This document shows, one piece after another, positions 1-28,683 of a DNA stretch of 64,000 nucleotides (position 1 is the first letter of the stretch; each line of letters starts with the position of its first letter). The position numbers were made by a program, and so were the translations under genes. The notes beneath the pieces were generated by a model, which was not told the origin of the DNA, did not search any database, and was given only the letters and a program-made list of their open reading frames with translations. Source of the DNA: Chrysomallon squamiferum (Eukaryota > Animalia > Mollusca); NCBI GenBank assembly GCA_012295275.1, contig CM022679.1, positions 12,276,001-12,340,000 on the forward strand. Reading direction: 5' to 3'.

Positions 1-1165
1 CTGGGTTCATTCATCAGGGTCACAACGTTTGCTTACAATTCATTCATTTTAATGTTAATGGTTATTTGTTGTCTATAATGTTTCTATTTCTGTACACAGA
101 AAACTCACAGTATCTGTAAAATAATCGATTAGCAGAAAATAATTTTTTATTTACATTTTTCCATAGAGGAGAGCACATAATTATGACACCTTTGAATATA
201 TATTAGCTACCTATTTACATTCATGTGACAGGTTGAACCCAAGGATACGAATGTAGCCATACATTTTAACTGAGATTTTCATTTAAAATGAAGTCCTTTT
301 ATAATAAAGCATTCAAATTCGCGCTGTTGCACGTAAATGGTTCATTGGTAAAACGCAAATTCATATGTGGTATAAATAGAGACCGAAAAGCACACATAAA
401 ATGTATTTGCGTTTATTCTCGAGGTTAGTAGTATTTTACATGCAGTTTGAATGTAAATGCTAATAAGTCCGAGAGAAGGTGTGAATTGTGTTGTTAAAGA
501 AGTATATTCGGAATCATGTGTCACGATGTAGACATTAAACTCGACATACTGTCGGGTATTCATTATAGTTAAGAATTTCTACAGTATGACTTAAAGATAA
601 TTTCTTAACAGCTTATTATTATACCAATCACCGTTATTATCATCAACACATCACCATCACCACCTTACACCATCATCATCACCTTTTACCACCATCAGCG
701 TCATCGTTATTGTCGTTACCATAGTAATATTCTTCTTGAGCATTGTACAATTCCCTTTTATTCCCTTTCTTCTTCTTTTTTTTCTGATGTTACTGTTTTG
801 GCTTTGGTGATGACAGTTTTAGGATTAAATTAAATACAACTGAACACGAGATGTCATGCAGTAATAAACATACTCTGTACTGGAGAAATCATGTTAACAC
901 GCTTCATCCACATTTTGAAAAGAATTTGAATGTCATAACTGAAAACAGAGTTCTGTTTTATATGATACACAATTAAACCATCATTTTGCTGTTACGATGT
1001 TCCAACCATCAATTTGTTTATTTTGCTTTTATGTTAAACCATTCGAATGCACTAAGCTCGTAAATCAATCCCGTAACTTAGTTACCATTATACTTTTTAA
1101 TTAAAGAGAAACGAAAACTAAATTACATCTTAATGATATAATTTTCAGAATCTAGCAGTGATCAA

Positions 1166-1319
1166 TGTGTGTGTGTGTGTGTATGTATGTTTGTTTGTAT
1201 GTGTGTGTATTATTTATGTATGTATGTATGTATCTATGTATGTATGTATGTGTTTGTATGTATGTGTGTTGTGTATGTGTGTGTGTATGTATGTATGTGT
1301 GTGTGTATGTATGTATGTA

Positions 1320-1354
<35 letters not shown>

Positions 1355-1399
1355 ATGTGTATGTATGTATGTATGTATGTATATATGTATGTATGTATG

Positions 1400-1431
<32 letters not shown>

Positions 1432-1472
1432 TGTATGTATGTATGTATGTATGTATGTATATGTATGTGTGT
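1166..1472. repeat. (TATG)n/(TG)n compound microsatellite
   Basis: Directly visible. Confidence 0.95.
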
Positions 1473-2952
1473 CTTAATTTTTTAATAGATATATTCAGAT
1501 GCCATTTTCATCCCTATAAAAAGTAGATTAGCACTTGTGCACATCTTCTAAATCCGTAATTTAAAACAAATGTTTAAATTGATGTTTAACAAATGACAAA
1601 CATATAATTTAAGGTACGGGCTAAGATAACAAATCATTCTAAAAAGTTAACCTTTTTCTTTAACAGGGAATAAGAAACTGTACCGATGCGTTAGTCCTGA
1701 GGCTTTGACTAGACCGGGGAATCAGGAGATTATGTTATGATATATAAAGGAAGATTAAACTTAATGATAATAAACAAGGTCTAATTATATAGTCCTGATT
1801 GTAAAATTTCACCTGCCATAATTATAATTAAACAGGTAATAAAAGTATTCTCTGTACTTATATTCTTAATTAACCACAGAGGAAACTGTCCACATAGAAA
1901 CACAGGCTAAAACAACAAGCTGCTGCTGTTAGTTTTCAGGATCATTACTGTCGATTCAGCAACTGTGTGTTATTGATTGTTAAACTTATAATCTGTTTGT
2001 TGTTTTCCCCCACTGAAAACAGCATTTGGCTAAGGAAAAGATAAAAGGAAAGGTGTTCAAATATTTATGGGATATATATCAGTAAATATGAAAACATGCT
2101 TTAGAGAATCGAAGTGTAAAATATATTAGCTTTATATGTAAATGCTTATGTATATGCGAAGTATATGCATATATTCTGTGTGTTTGTGTCTGTGTGTGTG
2201 TAACTATATGTGTATGCATATATGTATATATGTAATTTAATATACGATAACATGATTAGCTATGTAGAAAACCGCGATGGATCTGGAAACATAATATATC
2301 ATTCATTATAAATTAATATTCTATTTATTTAAATGAATTACTTTTTAAATTATTATTACTTTTCTTTTTTTAAGATGTATTTGCAGTTTTGTCAAATGCT
2401 TTATTGTAAATTAGTTATTAACATAAAATATAAAATTTAAAGCAGACGTTGTCTAGACAGTTCCTTTTCAAATTGTCCTTTAGTTTTAATGCAAAAAATG
2501 TTAAATGGTTTATAGTTATCTTGAAGGTTTTATGTTCAAATGTCTGACATCGACATTAAATGCATTTAGTTGTAAGTTCAGTGTTAGTGGTAATACAGCT
2601 GTCACAGTAATGTCAGATGTAGATCATATTGTAATGTTAAATAAAGTTAGCAGTAACTGTAATTATAAAACATTGAATACAGTTCTAGAACATTAAACAC
2701 AATTAGAAGTGGTAGTGATAGTAAATGTAATTATAGATCACCTTAAACTGATAATATAATCGATATATATCCTTAGTGGTTATAGCTTAGTTGACTTTTT
2801 CAGACTGATTAATATTAGTATTAAACTATTTAAAGGATTTTATTTTTTCTAAAATCTCTCTGAATAATTTATGGAAGCTGGGAAATAAAGCAAAGTTGTG
2901 AATACGAATTTATTGATTTGAATACAAATCTGAAATTTAAGAACTGCATGGA

Positions 2953-3045
<93 letters not shown>

Positions 3046-3149
3046 TAATGGTAAAAAACAGTACATTTTAACATGACTGCACTGACCATTTCAACTGTTC
3101 AAACGTCATAACTGAAAAACAGATCTGAATAATATCAATGTTAAACACA

Positions 3150-3515
3150 CACATGGTTACTGTTTGTAACAACAGTGTAGAAAAACTTTTAATATCAGTA
3201 GAGGGAAGTGTAATTATATACTAACGAAAGAAGTAGCTGTTAAAGGTAGAGGTAGTCTAAAGATATACATGGTTACTGTTAGTAACAATAGTTGTTAATG
3301 TATCAGTATGTATATGTGTAGGGTTACTGTTGGTAATAAGAGTAGTAAGGGTAGTGTAAAGATATATACGATACCTGTTAGTATTAGGAACTGCTATTAG
3401 TACTAGGGAGTGTAGTGTAAATATATATAGAGTTACTATTAGTAACACAAGTACACGTTAGCAGTATCAGTAGAAATAGTGTACAAATGTTTAGGATTAC
3501 TATCAGTAATAGGAG
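3150..3515. repeat. Degenerate ~55-60 bp minisatellite
   Basis: Recurrent GTTACTGTTAGTAACAA-like unit at about 3156, 3271, 3322, 3431 and 3495. Confidence 0.55.
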
Positions 3516-4502
3516 TAATTCCAGTGGGTGTGGTGCAAACACACATAAATACGTGTGTATGTGAGTGTATATATTTATAAAGTAACTATCGATAAGAATA
3601 GGAAACGTGAACATGATTCGTCGTAAATTCACCGATAACTGTGGCATTAAATTGACATTAACGAGAAAAAAGAACAAGCTGACCAGAATGCTATGCCTTG
3701 AACTGTCTCATTTAATCACCAAAGGTATTTTCTGTTCCTTCGCCAAAAACATCGTTTAAAACAGCTGACAGTTTGTATGGGTCTTACGCAGGCAAGAGTT
3801 CGTCTGAATGTATCTCGTTATGTATGCATCGCTGTCTATCTCGATTTCACCCCAGTATCATTGTACGTCTGTCGTTAATAAAATATATTCATTTTCGCGA
3901 AACAACAATTTCTGACAAAGGCCTGTACGTTTTCTGAAAGTAATCTTTATACATTGTCCGTGATAGAACAGTTTCTGAGCCCCGACCGGCCCTATTACGA
4001 TTCGACAGACCTGAACGATGAATTCCTTTATACGCTGTTCCCCAACCTCATTGTTGGAGACTTAGGAGCATGAAACAGCAAGATGGATTAAACCCTACCT
4101 CCTCCCTCCCGCCATCAATCCATCCACCCAGTTTTATAATAATGAAATGATACATATCTCGGTCATCATTCGAAAAAGGAAAAGAAGCAAACAAATAAAC
4201 AAGATACAAAAAAAGACATTGTGAAAGAAAGTAAGTAAGTGAGCAAAAAAATGAAGAATGAATAAAATAAAGAAAAAAATTATGAAAGTTAGTAATTGTC
4301 TAAGAAACAAACAAAGCAAGAAAGAAAGACGAAAACTAAACAAAGAATAATAAGAAATTAAGACGGAATTAATTTCAAATATTATCCTTAACCTAGCAGT
4401 CTAGATTCAGTTTGTTTTTTATCTCGACTAATGGATATCAAACTTTCTGTATTTCGAACTCATCATCATCATCATCATATTAATATTATTATTATTATTA
4501 TT

Positions 4503-4546
<44 letters not shown>

Positions 4547-5039
4547 TATTATTATTATTATTCCATATTTCAGACATACTCATGGACTTTAGATTAAACC
4601 TAATACTTCTTTCTCGCTATCAGGACGAGATATTTTACATATTATTTTCTGTAGAGCTCTTCGAAAGCACACACCACCGTCCTCAATAACTAGCGGCTCG
4701 ACACTAGCTCTACTGGATACAGCCCAACGGACGCAGGGTCATTTCAAAACACAGGCAGTTTCTTAGTTCGTAAAAATAATAGATATTTTATTTCTTTTTC
4801 TTGACATCTGTTTCTGTTCGGCCTATCTAAATCATATGTTGTTTATGCGGTTCACTGATTTAACACATGTGTGTACTGATCAATACATTTGTATGTGACG
4901 ATTAAATATATTTTTTTTTATAGCAAATCAATGCAGTCTCATGAAGTCTGCTCTTTTACAGAAATTTAGCAGAAAATTCAGTATTAATTATTTATTTTTA
5001 TTATTATAATTATATATATATATATATATATATTTTAAA

Positions 5040-5073
<34 letters not shown>

Positions 5074-5440
5074 TTTTTTTTTTTTTGAAGTTATAATTTG
5101 TTTAAAATATGAATGGTATCAGATAATGAATGATAGATAGATCATTATCATTCATTATTTCTTTATGTTGTTGTAGTTATTTTACTATTATCATTACAGA
5201 TAATGATGACCTTTATTATCGTTATTAATAAGTGGTTCTGTCAGTGAATTAACTCTGAATGCTTGTTAATACAATAACATTACTGTAGAAAACCACCAAA
5301 AAAGTATAATATTCTATATTTTGACAAATAAAACTTCCTATTTGCCTGTCACCCATGTTAGGTGTATGGTATATCTGATGAAACAGCTAGTTGTGGAGTG
5401 TGCTTGGGACACCTGTAACGAGTCAAAATAATCCACTTAC

Positions 5441-5495
5441 CTGATGTTAGTAAAGCCAGGCACAGAAGAACTGGTTGTTCCAAACAGGACGCCAT
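5441..5495 (-). CDS. Signal-peptide first coding exon of a gene continuing off the left edge
   Basis: ATG...CTA ACA TCA G|gtaagt encodes MASCLEQPVLLCLALLTS followed by a phase-1 consensus donor, at the end of a CpG-rich 5'UTR-like stretch (5496-~6135). Confidence 0.6.
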
Positions 5496-6160
5496 ATTCC
5501 TGCGTAATCCAAACACGGAAGTTCAAGAAAGAACTGTCTCTACATATCTCCTGTCTAATTCACCTCCTGTTTAAAAACTGTTCTAATGTCTAAGGGAACG
5601 ATCTAAGTGTCTTTCTTCAAACGAGTCCTTTCCGCATGAATGGTAATGTATATGATCCGTTTCAGATTTCTAAACCGACCCTCGAAGTCGAGACCCAAGT
5701 GTTCGAAGTGCGTAGCTTTAAAATCCCAACTTAGCGACGCTGGCTCAAAATGATTTCTTTTTTGTTTTTCTTTACTCAGCCAGTTTCTTCATGGTTTGTT
5801 GCTGTATTAACGAAATTAACGCTAATACGTAAAGTTATCGCAGCCAGTCGACTAATAATCCAGCAGCAGAAATCAACAGACGACAGGATCTAGCAGACGA
5901 CACGTTTGCCGGTTAAGCAGACGACACCGTTTGCGCACTCTCTGCCTGCTAGCTTTGACCGCTTTAATGGATTCACCTGTAATAAGTTGTCAAACCAGAA
6001 TTGTACAGCGACTCTAATAATAATACTCTGGTCGGGTAGGAGTAAAATGAAAATAGCTATATTTGTAACGTGAAGTCGATGACGAGTGGGTCCTACTGCG
6101 GTGTTAATTACCCAAAGATCTTTTGTGAGCGTGCTTTAAAGAACGGGATCTCGTTAAGCC

Positions 6161-6170
6161 CTATTTATAA
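6161..6170 (-). promoter_or_regulatory. Candidate TATA box (also fits the MEF2 consensus) for the left gene
   Basis: Minus strand TTATAAATAG at the upstream edge of the CpG-rich block leading to the 5495 ATG. Confidence 0.35.
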
Positions 6171-7259
6171 AACACCCGTCTCCATTTTGTTTTTGTTTCC
6201 ATACTTAATTTTTGACTTTGTTATTTAAATTTGGTAAAACATTTTAACTAACGTTATACTCAGATAAGGGTGGAGTCGTTTTAAGTATAAACATACCCGA
6301 GGAGCCACTCCTTTCTATGATGAATAAAATAAACGTATATTTATGTTGAAAGATAATATTATATCCTGATTCGCATTTATTACTCATTACTGTAGGTATT
6401 ATAAGCTAAGTTTTAAGGGGTTTAAAAATGGGGAAATAAAATCTTCTTCAACATGCACATAATTCTATATTATCTTTCATTATAATTATTTAAAACTATT
6501 TTAAAATGTGTGATTTTTGTTAAGTTTATAATACAATTATTACAACAGAAGTTTCATAAATATTGGACGTAACTTTTAAATTGAGATGTTTTCTTTTTGA
6601 AATTACCGTTCACTTCATTAAGGAGCTTTTAATTAATTAGTTAATCTGTTTGGTTGTTTTTTTTAGTACATGACATAAGCCTCTTATTCAGTAAGGACAA
6701 TGCATATTTTAATTTTCATTATTAAAGAATTATTCATGCTGCGCTATTTAATATCCTTTTCATCTTTGTAAAAAAAAAAAAAAAAAAAAAAAATAAAGAA
6801 ATAAAGTTATAATAATATTTCCTTCTAGCAAAATTTCTTGTGTTCTTTTCAAGATTTATGGCGATTTGTTTAGTGTTTTAACGTCAGAATTAAGTGACAG
6901 ACACACACAGAGACTGACACAGACGTGTACTGCTGCCCCGGGCTCGCACTGCATTGTCTGGCAAAGTGGGTTAGGAAACAATGTTTGGTGTGGGTCAAAG
7001 ACGTTCAGTTTTGTTCAACGTCTGTGTAAAAGTTACTGTCTTGTCTGCGGATGGAACGTTTGATAGGAGGTAATGATGAAGTCTTTGTTTGCAAAGCGGC
7101 GAGGAATCGTTTGATAGTAAAATATTGAAAAAAAAAAGGAAATTACGTTTTCATGATAAATTTATATATGTATATGCACATACACATTCACATACATGCA
7201 TGCACGCATCATACATACATATATATAGATACATAGATATATACATACATACATACAAC

Positions 7260-7290
<31 letters not shown>

Positions 7291-8202
7291 CATCTAAAGA
7301 AACTAGCAGTCAGACACAATTTATCTCTCCTTGTTTACACATTACGGAAACGACTCAGTTTGTTGTGTTCATATTTTCTCAAATTTCATTCATTTATTCA
7401 TCCTTTCATTGATTTATGTTAAATTATATATTTTAATGTGTTAAATGTGTAAAATATTTAACCTTGAACATTAACCTGTAGGATAATAATAGCAGTTAAC
7501 ACGATCGGTTAATGGTCTTTAGTTAATCTCGTCACGAAATCAAGTGTCTTTTGCATGCATCCGTTAGCACATATCCATGACTAGTTTATAGGATCTGTAA
7601 TATGTGCATGCCAAACTACGTGAAGGTACGCATACAGTATCCCTAGTCTTTAATATATATATGTAAGAACAGCACAAAACGCTGTGGAAGTATGTTTCAT
7701 TACACGTTTCTGACCTAATAACATAAAATAGAATTAGTTTTCAAGGACATACAATTGTTTGACGCCTAATAACGGTTCATAGAAGATTTGATTTTTTTTT
7801 AAATATATATTTGACCAATTACGATCCATTAATCATTTAATGTACATTGACTTCACTCGTTCTAATGCATTTTTTTTTTTTTTTTTTTTTTTTTTTTAGC
7901 TTCCTTTTTAATGATTAAATTTAACCAACATGGATATCTAGCCTGGATTATTTGTGGTAAATGTGGCTCTACAGAGAATCTGCCTATATTACTTCTTCCT
8001 TTTTTTTACTTTAAATAAATAAAGCCCTATAGAACTAAAAAACGCACTTCCTTTGTTGGTATGTCTATAACATTAGATTAATGATTTCCCAGCTGATGTA
8101 ATAAGATATGACATTACAGAATCTGGTTGTAGTGGTATTTATGCATTGAACGTAATTATGTCTGTGTGTGTTTGAATCCATGAAAGTATGTTTATATGTA
8201 TT

Positions 8203-8234
<32 letters not shown>

Positions 8235-8339
8235 TTTTATGATTTTAATATTTTCTGTCTTATGAATGTCTAATTAGATTGCACATAAACAATATTCGGG
8301 AACGCACTGGCGCAGGAGGACAAAGTCCAGTCATGACTT

Positions 8340-8432
8340 CTCAAACCCAGTCAGATGCCGCTGACGAGACTCGAACGTATGTCAAACATTCGCCCACACA
8401 CCGAAGGCGGACGACATTAGCGTTCGGCCATA
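8340..8432 (-). mobile_element. Degenerate tRNA-derived SINE head or tRNA pseudogene
   Basis: Minus strand A-box-like TGGCCGAACGCTAA (8430-8417) and B-box GTTCGAGTC (8376-8368) in a local GC/CpG-rich patch; no intact cloverleaf. Confidence 0.5.
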
Positions 8433-9114
8433 AAGACAACCTTGTATGTGTGTGCGTTTGTGTGTGCGTGTATGCATGAATGCATATATGTAAATATGTA
8501 TGTATGTATGCATGCATATGTGTATATATGTATCTAGGTACATACGTAAGTACCGTATGTATGTATGTATATATGTTTGTGAGTATATGTATATGTGTAT
8601 TTATGTATGCATGAATGTATGTATGTAGGTGTGTGTATCTGAAAGCATAGCTTAGTTCTTGTCCACTACATGCTATTATTACAATATTTATTTATTTATT
8701 TATTTTTTTTTTTTTTTTTTCAATTGTTTCAAAAGAGAAAATTAATATACACGCATCACTGAAACTCTGGATATGGCAGTGGAAATTAAGTCCGTTTCCC
8801 AACAAAGTAAGAGTTACGTCTCTTTTTGAAGACGTTTTTTGAAAAATGGCGTCTTATATGCAGCAGACAACTGAAATCTGTACACATAATTCACATTCCA
8901 CTGACTTTGTACCGATGCATAGAAAGATTTTTAACAATATAAATAGACGTACGATATAGTCCATCACTTTGGATATTATTATATATTGTTATATATTTGT
9001 TCTCAGGGGACTACAGACTCATTTTTAATATCGACCCTTTCATATTCTTCTATCGACATTCTTCATATATTTTCTGATTTTGGGAAAGTATACCAACGTT
9101 AATAAAAGCAAAAG

Positions 9115-9149
<35 letters not shown>

Positions 9150-10335
9150 GAAGCTATTTAAAAATTAAAGCATTAGTACGAGGAAGTTCAATTTGCATTA
9201 AAAAATTAATGGACTGTAAATGCTCATATAAATATTTAAAAGCAATTCAACATATTTTGAACATATATAACAAAACATTTATTTAAACTGACATTGTATT
9301 CATATTTCTATTCTTTAATATCTCTGAAGAAAGATATTACGATCTTTGAGAAGAGTATTAATATTTATTTCTTTGAGAAGAGGTAAAAAATCCACTTTCA
9401 ACTCACCTTATTACATTTATTCCTCTGATTTTCACAACTAAATCCAGTCTCATCTATATAGTTTGGGAAACATACTAACATTATTTACTCCTTAAATCCC
9501 AAATCTAAATAGACACCTAATCAACCTAAAACAATTTTCGATCGTCTTAAATGTTCCATCTGCCATTTTGGAATTCTCTTATATAAAATTTCATGTAATT
9601 CCCTTTCTTTCTTTAATAATAATAATAATTCTTCCGACAAAAACAACGCCAACAACAACAAAAAAACCCCCACAAAAATCCAACAAAAACAACAAAAAAA
9701 TATAGAATACTGTACATATTTTAATGTCAGACATTGACAATACTTATACAATTACAAAGATATGTATACTGCTAATTTAATCAATTATAAAACACCACAG
9801 GTATTAATATATGCGTTACATACTGTTCTTAAACTCTCGATATGTTAATTCCAAACATTGATAAATAATTCATGAACGATAAAAAAATAATAAAACAAAT
9901 AAAATAAAAAAAAAAAATAAAAAATAAATTCAGTTTTATTTCATAAAAATATAACTGTAAGTTTAAAATTTATTCTTTTTAAGAAAGATAAGAATAATTG
10001 TCTATTTTTTAAGACAATATCCAAAAAACGTCAAAAAAGTTTTCAATGTAAAAATCTAATGTTAACACACTTTATCCCAAAGTTTTAATAATAATAATAT
10101 TAATATTAATAATAATAATAATAATATAATAATAATAACATTTTCAGGGTGTTATTATCCTATTTTTTACCTTTTAGTACATTTTATAGCATAATAAAAA
10201 GCAGCAAACAGTAAATGCTTTTCTGTATGCTATGCTAATGGAAGACAGACACGCTAATTAAGGTCACACAAAAAGTTGTCTTCCAAATTTTATATGATCA
10301 CTCTATGTAGGACTAATTAAAACATTAACACATAC

Positions 10336-10380
<45 letters not shown>

Positions 10381-10973
10381 ACAAATGGTATTCGTAATAA
10401 AAGCCAAAACATTATATACATTAATAATACTTTATTAATAGAAAATGTATGTTTGTCACTAATATAAAACCTTATTTTTTTACTCCAAACTGTTTTAACA
10501 TTTTATTTCAATACAAATATTTATATTATTTTCCAGTTTGATCATTTACTTACACAACAAAATAAAACAAATATTTTGCTTAGATAGAGACAATATATTA
10601 CACTTTGCTGATTGTATTTCTGATTATATAGAAACTGTCACAATGTTTTTGTAAATCATCGTTCAAAACATCATAACTTGTTTGTCGCTGAAAAACAGTA
10701 TATATACATATATTTAATAATAATAATGAAGGACAGCGAACTCCAGAATGGCATCATTATTAAATTTCAGTATTAAACTCATATGTACAGATTTTTTTTG
10801 ATCGATTATATCTACATAAATAAGCAGGATCAAACACTTTTCAGCTATTAAAACAAAATGCTTGTGAATTCTTTTCTAGAAATTTTAAAATAACTGAAAT
10901 GTAATTTTATAGTTTCAGTACTGTAATGTAGTCCGTTTACAGACTCTATGAGTTAAATACATTATTGGTTATC

Positions 10974-11040
<67 letters not shown>

Positions 11041-11804
11041 TAAAACATATTTCGGGCAAAGACATTAACTGACTTTAATAATTAATTCAGTGTCTCTTGT
11101 GTGTTAAAAACTGAAAATGACGAAACATTGTTAATTATTTAAAACAGAAAGTACTGAATGCGATGTGAAATTAATCTTCTTTGAACGGATCAGCTGATGG
11201 ATTTCGATTCTGGAATGAAATAAAAAACAGATACAACATATTAATCATTACATGCATGTTTATTTCTATACATGCATGCAGTGACGGTTCATACCACACA
11301 CACTCATCAACACGCACAGGACTAACGACATTCTACAGTCTGATAGGAAATAATATAAACAATTTTGAAATATTTACTTAAAACAGATTTTCTCATATCG
11401 TTTAAATATGTTTATAAGCATATAAATTCACTGAATACGTACGTAATTTTTTTCTATAAATCATGTACGGTGCGTATGTATGTATATATGTAGGCTATGT
11501 ATATATATGCATGTATGTATGTATGTATGTATGTATGTATGTATGCATGTATGTATGTATGTATGTATGTAAATATATGTATATATGTATATGTATATGT
11601 AAATATATGTATATATGTATATATATTTAGAACAATTCTGAGATACCTGTGAGTTGCAAACTGGTTATAAATTCTATAATTCTATGTCTTATAATCGCAT
11701 ATATCTCTCTAGACATTAAGAATATTTAAAAAAAGAATACAATTATAATCCACATATTACCAACTATTTGTAAGACATATAAAACTAACAAATTAATAAT
11801 AATA

Positions 11805-11876
<72 letters not shown>

Positions 11877-11935
11877 TAACAACAACAACAATAGAACATA
11901 AGATTCAAGTGATTAGATGAACAGTAAATCCCACC

Positions 11936-26561
<14,626 letters not shown>

Positions 26562-27169
26562 ATTTATAATTTATTTCCGAGTCTTTTTTTACCGCAAAGA
26601 TGTGTATAGTGTCCAGTTCAGGTTTTGCTTCTGAGGCCGGTGTGTTTGACGTGACAACATAAGCCCAAACTGATAGGCTACCGAGTTCACACAGGAAAAC
26701 GTTTTGGGTTTCCAGCTGATACAATCATAAAGTTCTATAGGTGGAAGATTTCGAGTCGGGTAGATACCCCAATAAGTCGGACTGCTTTTGGGATATTACG
26801 TTACATGCCGGGGATCCACGGGCGTTCCCCTGGCGCATAGACTGGTTTTAAATGCAGCGATTTTCGTGTAAACAGTCTACAAAAAAATGCAGACGACAAG
26901 CTTGGGTGAGTTTTACTCCACTCACCAGAAAGTCTACTGCCGGCATTTGTAAGACAGGTCAGCACATAATAATATATACCTGTGAATGGGATTTAGTCAA
27001 GAGAATATCATTTGACTATAGTCGCAGTTATAACATAAAGCTGAGTAAGAAAAAAACATACGAATCAGAATAATACTCGGACGAGTCACGATTTGTTTCT
27101 CACTGTTTCAGTCTGTTAAATAAATCTTAACACAAACACATTTATCAAACCAGTTTTGTGAGGTGCTAG

Positions 27170-27205
27170 GGAGTGGTTTGGGTGGATAACAGGAAGTGAA
27201 ATAAA
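27170..27205. promoter_or_regulatory. Promoter-proximal motif cluster of the orphan TM gene (RUNX-like, GATA-like, ETS/IRF composite)
   Basis: gggAGTGGTTTgggtgGATAAcaGGAAGTGAAAtaa, ~630 bp upstream of the ATG; GGAAnnGAAA is the ETS-IRF composite consensus. Confidence 0.35.
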
Positions 27206-27246
27206 AATGAGCTTGTCAAAATTTTAATGAAATATTTCAGGTTTTT

Positions 27247-27288
<42 letters not shown>

Positions 27289-28641
27289 GTTATTTATTCT
27301 TTTAATTGTCTTTCACGTAAAAACAAGCAGTGTTATATAACCGCAGCAGTAAATTGAGCAATATGTGTATAGTTTCTACATACAATTACATACATTTTTA
27401 TTCTTTTTAATTTGATTTAATATGTTTCTCTAAAATGTCACACAGAGTGAAAAAACCAGCGAATTATTTTACTGAACAATGAAGCGTAACCCAAATCAGC
27501 CAGATTCAATGTCCAGCTCATTGAATTAATGCACATTAATTTCAAGGACTATTCGGCTGTACAGAACGTGAAGGTAACATCACTCTGAAGTGCACAAATC
27601 GATGTCATTAACTGCTATTGATTGCGCACAACATTAAAATGATAACGGAAAGGCATTCAATAGAACACAAGAAAGTAATTTAATTAATCTTTGCACTTAG
27701 TGAAGACGACATTACAACAACAATAATGGTACTTTTTTTTATCATCTTATTGATTTCATTTTAATTGTTCTTCTCCTCCTCCTCCTTCTTCTTCTTCTTC
27801 TACTTCTTCTTCTTCTTCTTATTATTAGTGTTGTTGTTGTTGTTGTTATTAATATTATTATTATTACTGTATTATATTTTATATATATTATAAGATCATC
27901 GTAAAATAAAATATTTCTTATTTCCTTTGATACCCTCATTATTATTATTATTATTATTATTAATTTTATTATTGTTGTTGTTGTTGTTGTTATTGTCGTC
28001 GTCGTTGTCGTTGTCATATTATAATAATTGTTCCGCTTTTACTTCCCTTAATGAATTACATTCTTATTGATTCTTTGTGTTAAAATAAAGCTCAGCTTTT
28101 TATTTACATGTATTTTTATTGACATGAATCTTAGGCATGGGACTGCATTATCCAGTATTTGTTTTTGCTATCAGCCGTAACATAACGAAGATAAAATGAT
28201 GACAAGATCAATGGGAAGAGTAACTATTAATGTTAGCATCCCTTGAAGGTTAATGTGGTATTACAAAACTATCGCATAACATATCTTTTCTCTTCCATGT
28301 TTATTTATTTTATTTTATTACTATTTTTATTTATTTATCATTTTTATAGATTTGTCTAAAAGGCTGTGTAGGTGTGCGTGTGTTGTTCCGTCTAATTTTG
28401 TGTATCTTAGTCTCAACAGAAAACAGATACAGTATTATGCAGTTATTACAAGCATACATTTTATTGTTTGTATGTATTTGGGTATGTATGTGTATGTGCG
28501 CGCATACATTTAATATTAATGCACATGACAATGCAACAATGGCTTTGGGTTATTATTTTATTTATTATATTTTTTATAATTTATTAAATAAAAATATATA
28601 CCATACAGACAAAAGCAATCCTATCTATATATTATTGTTAA

Positions 28642-28683
<42 letters not shown>

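Noticed and set aside
1158-1526. Long CVCMYV ORFs, and similar poly-I/Y/L, ERER, THTH and SLSL ORFs throughout
   Set aside because: They are translations of stop-free microsatellites with no splice or domain support.
8853-8890. AAAATGGCG with a short ORF (MASYMQQTTEI) as a plus-strand gene start
   Set aside because: Weak donor and no downstream exons found; more likely a YY1-type motif or chance.
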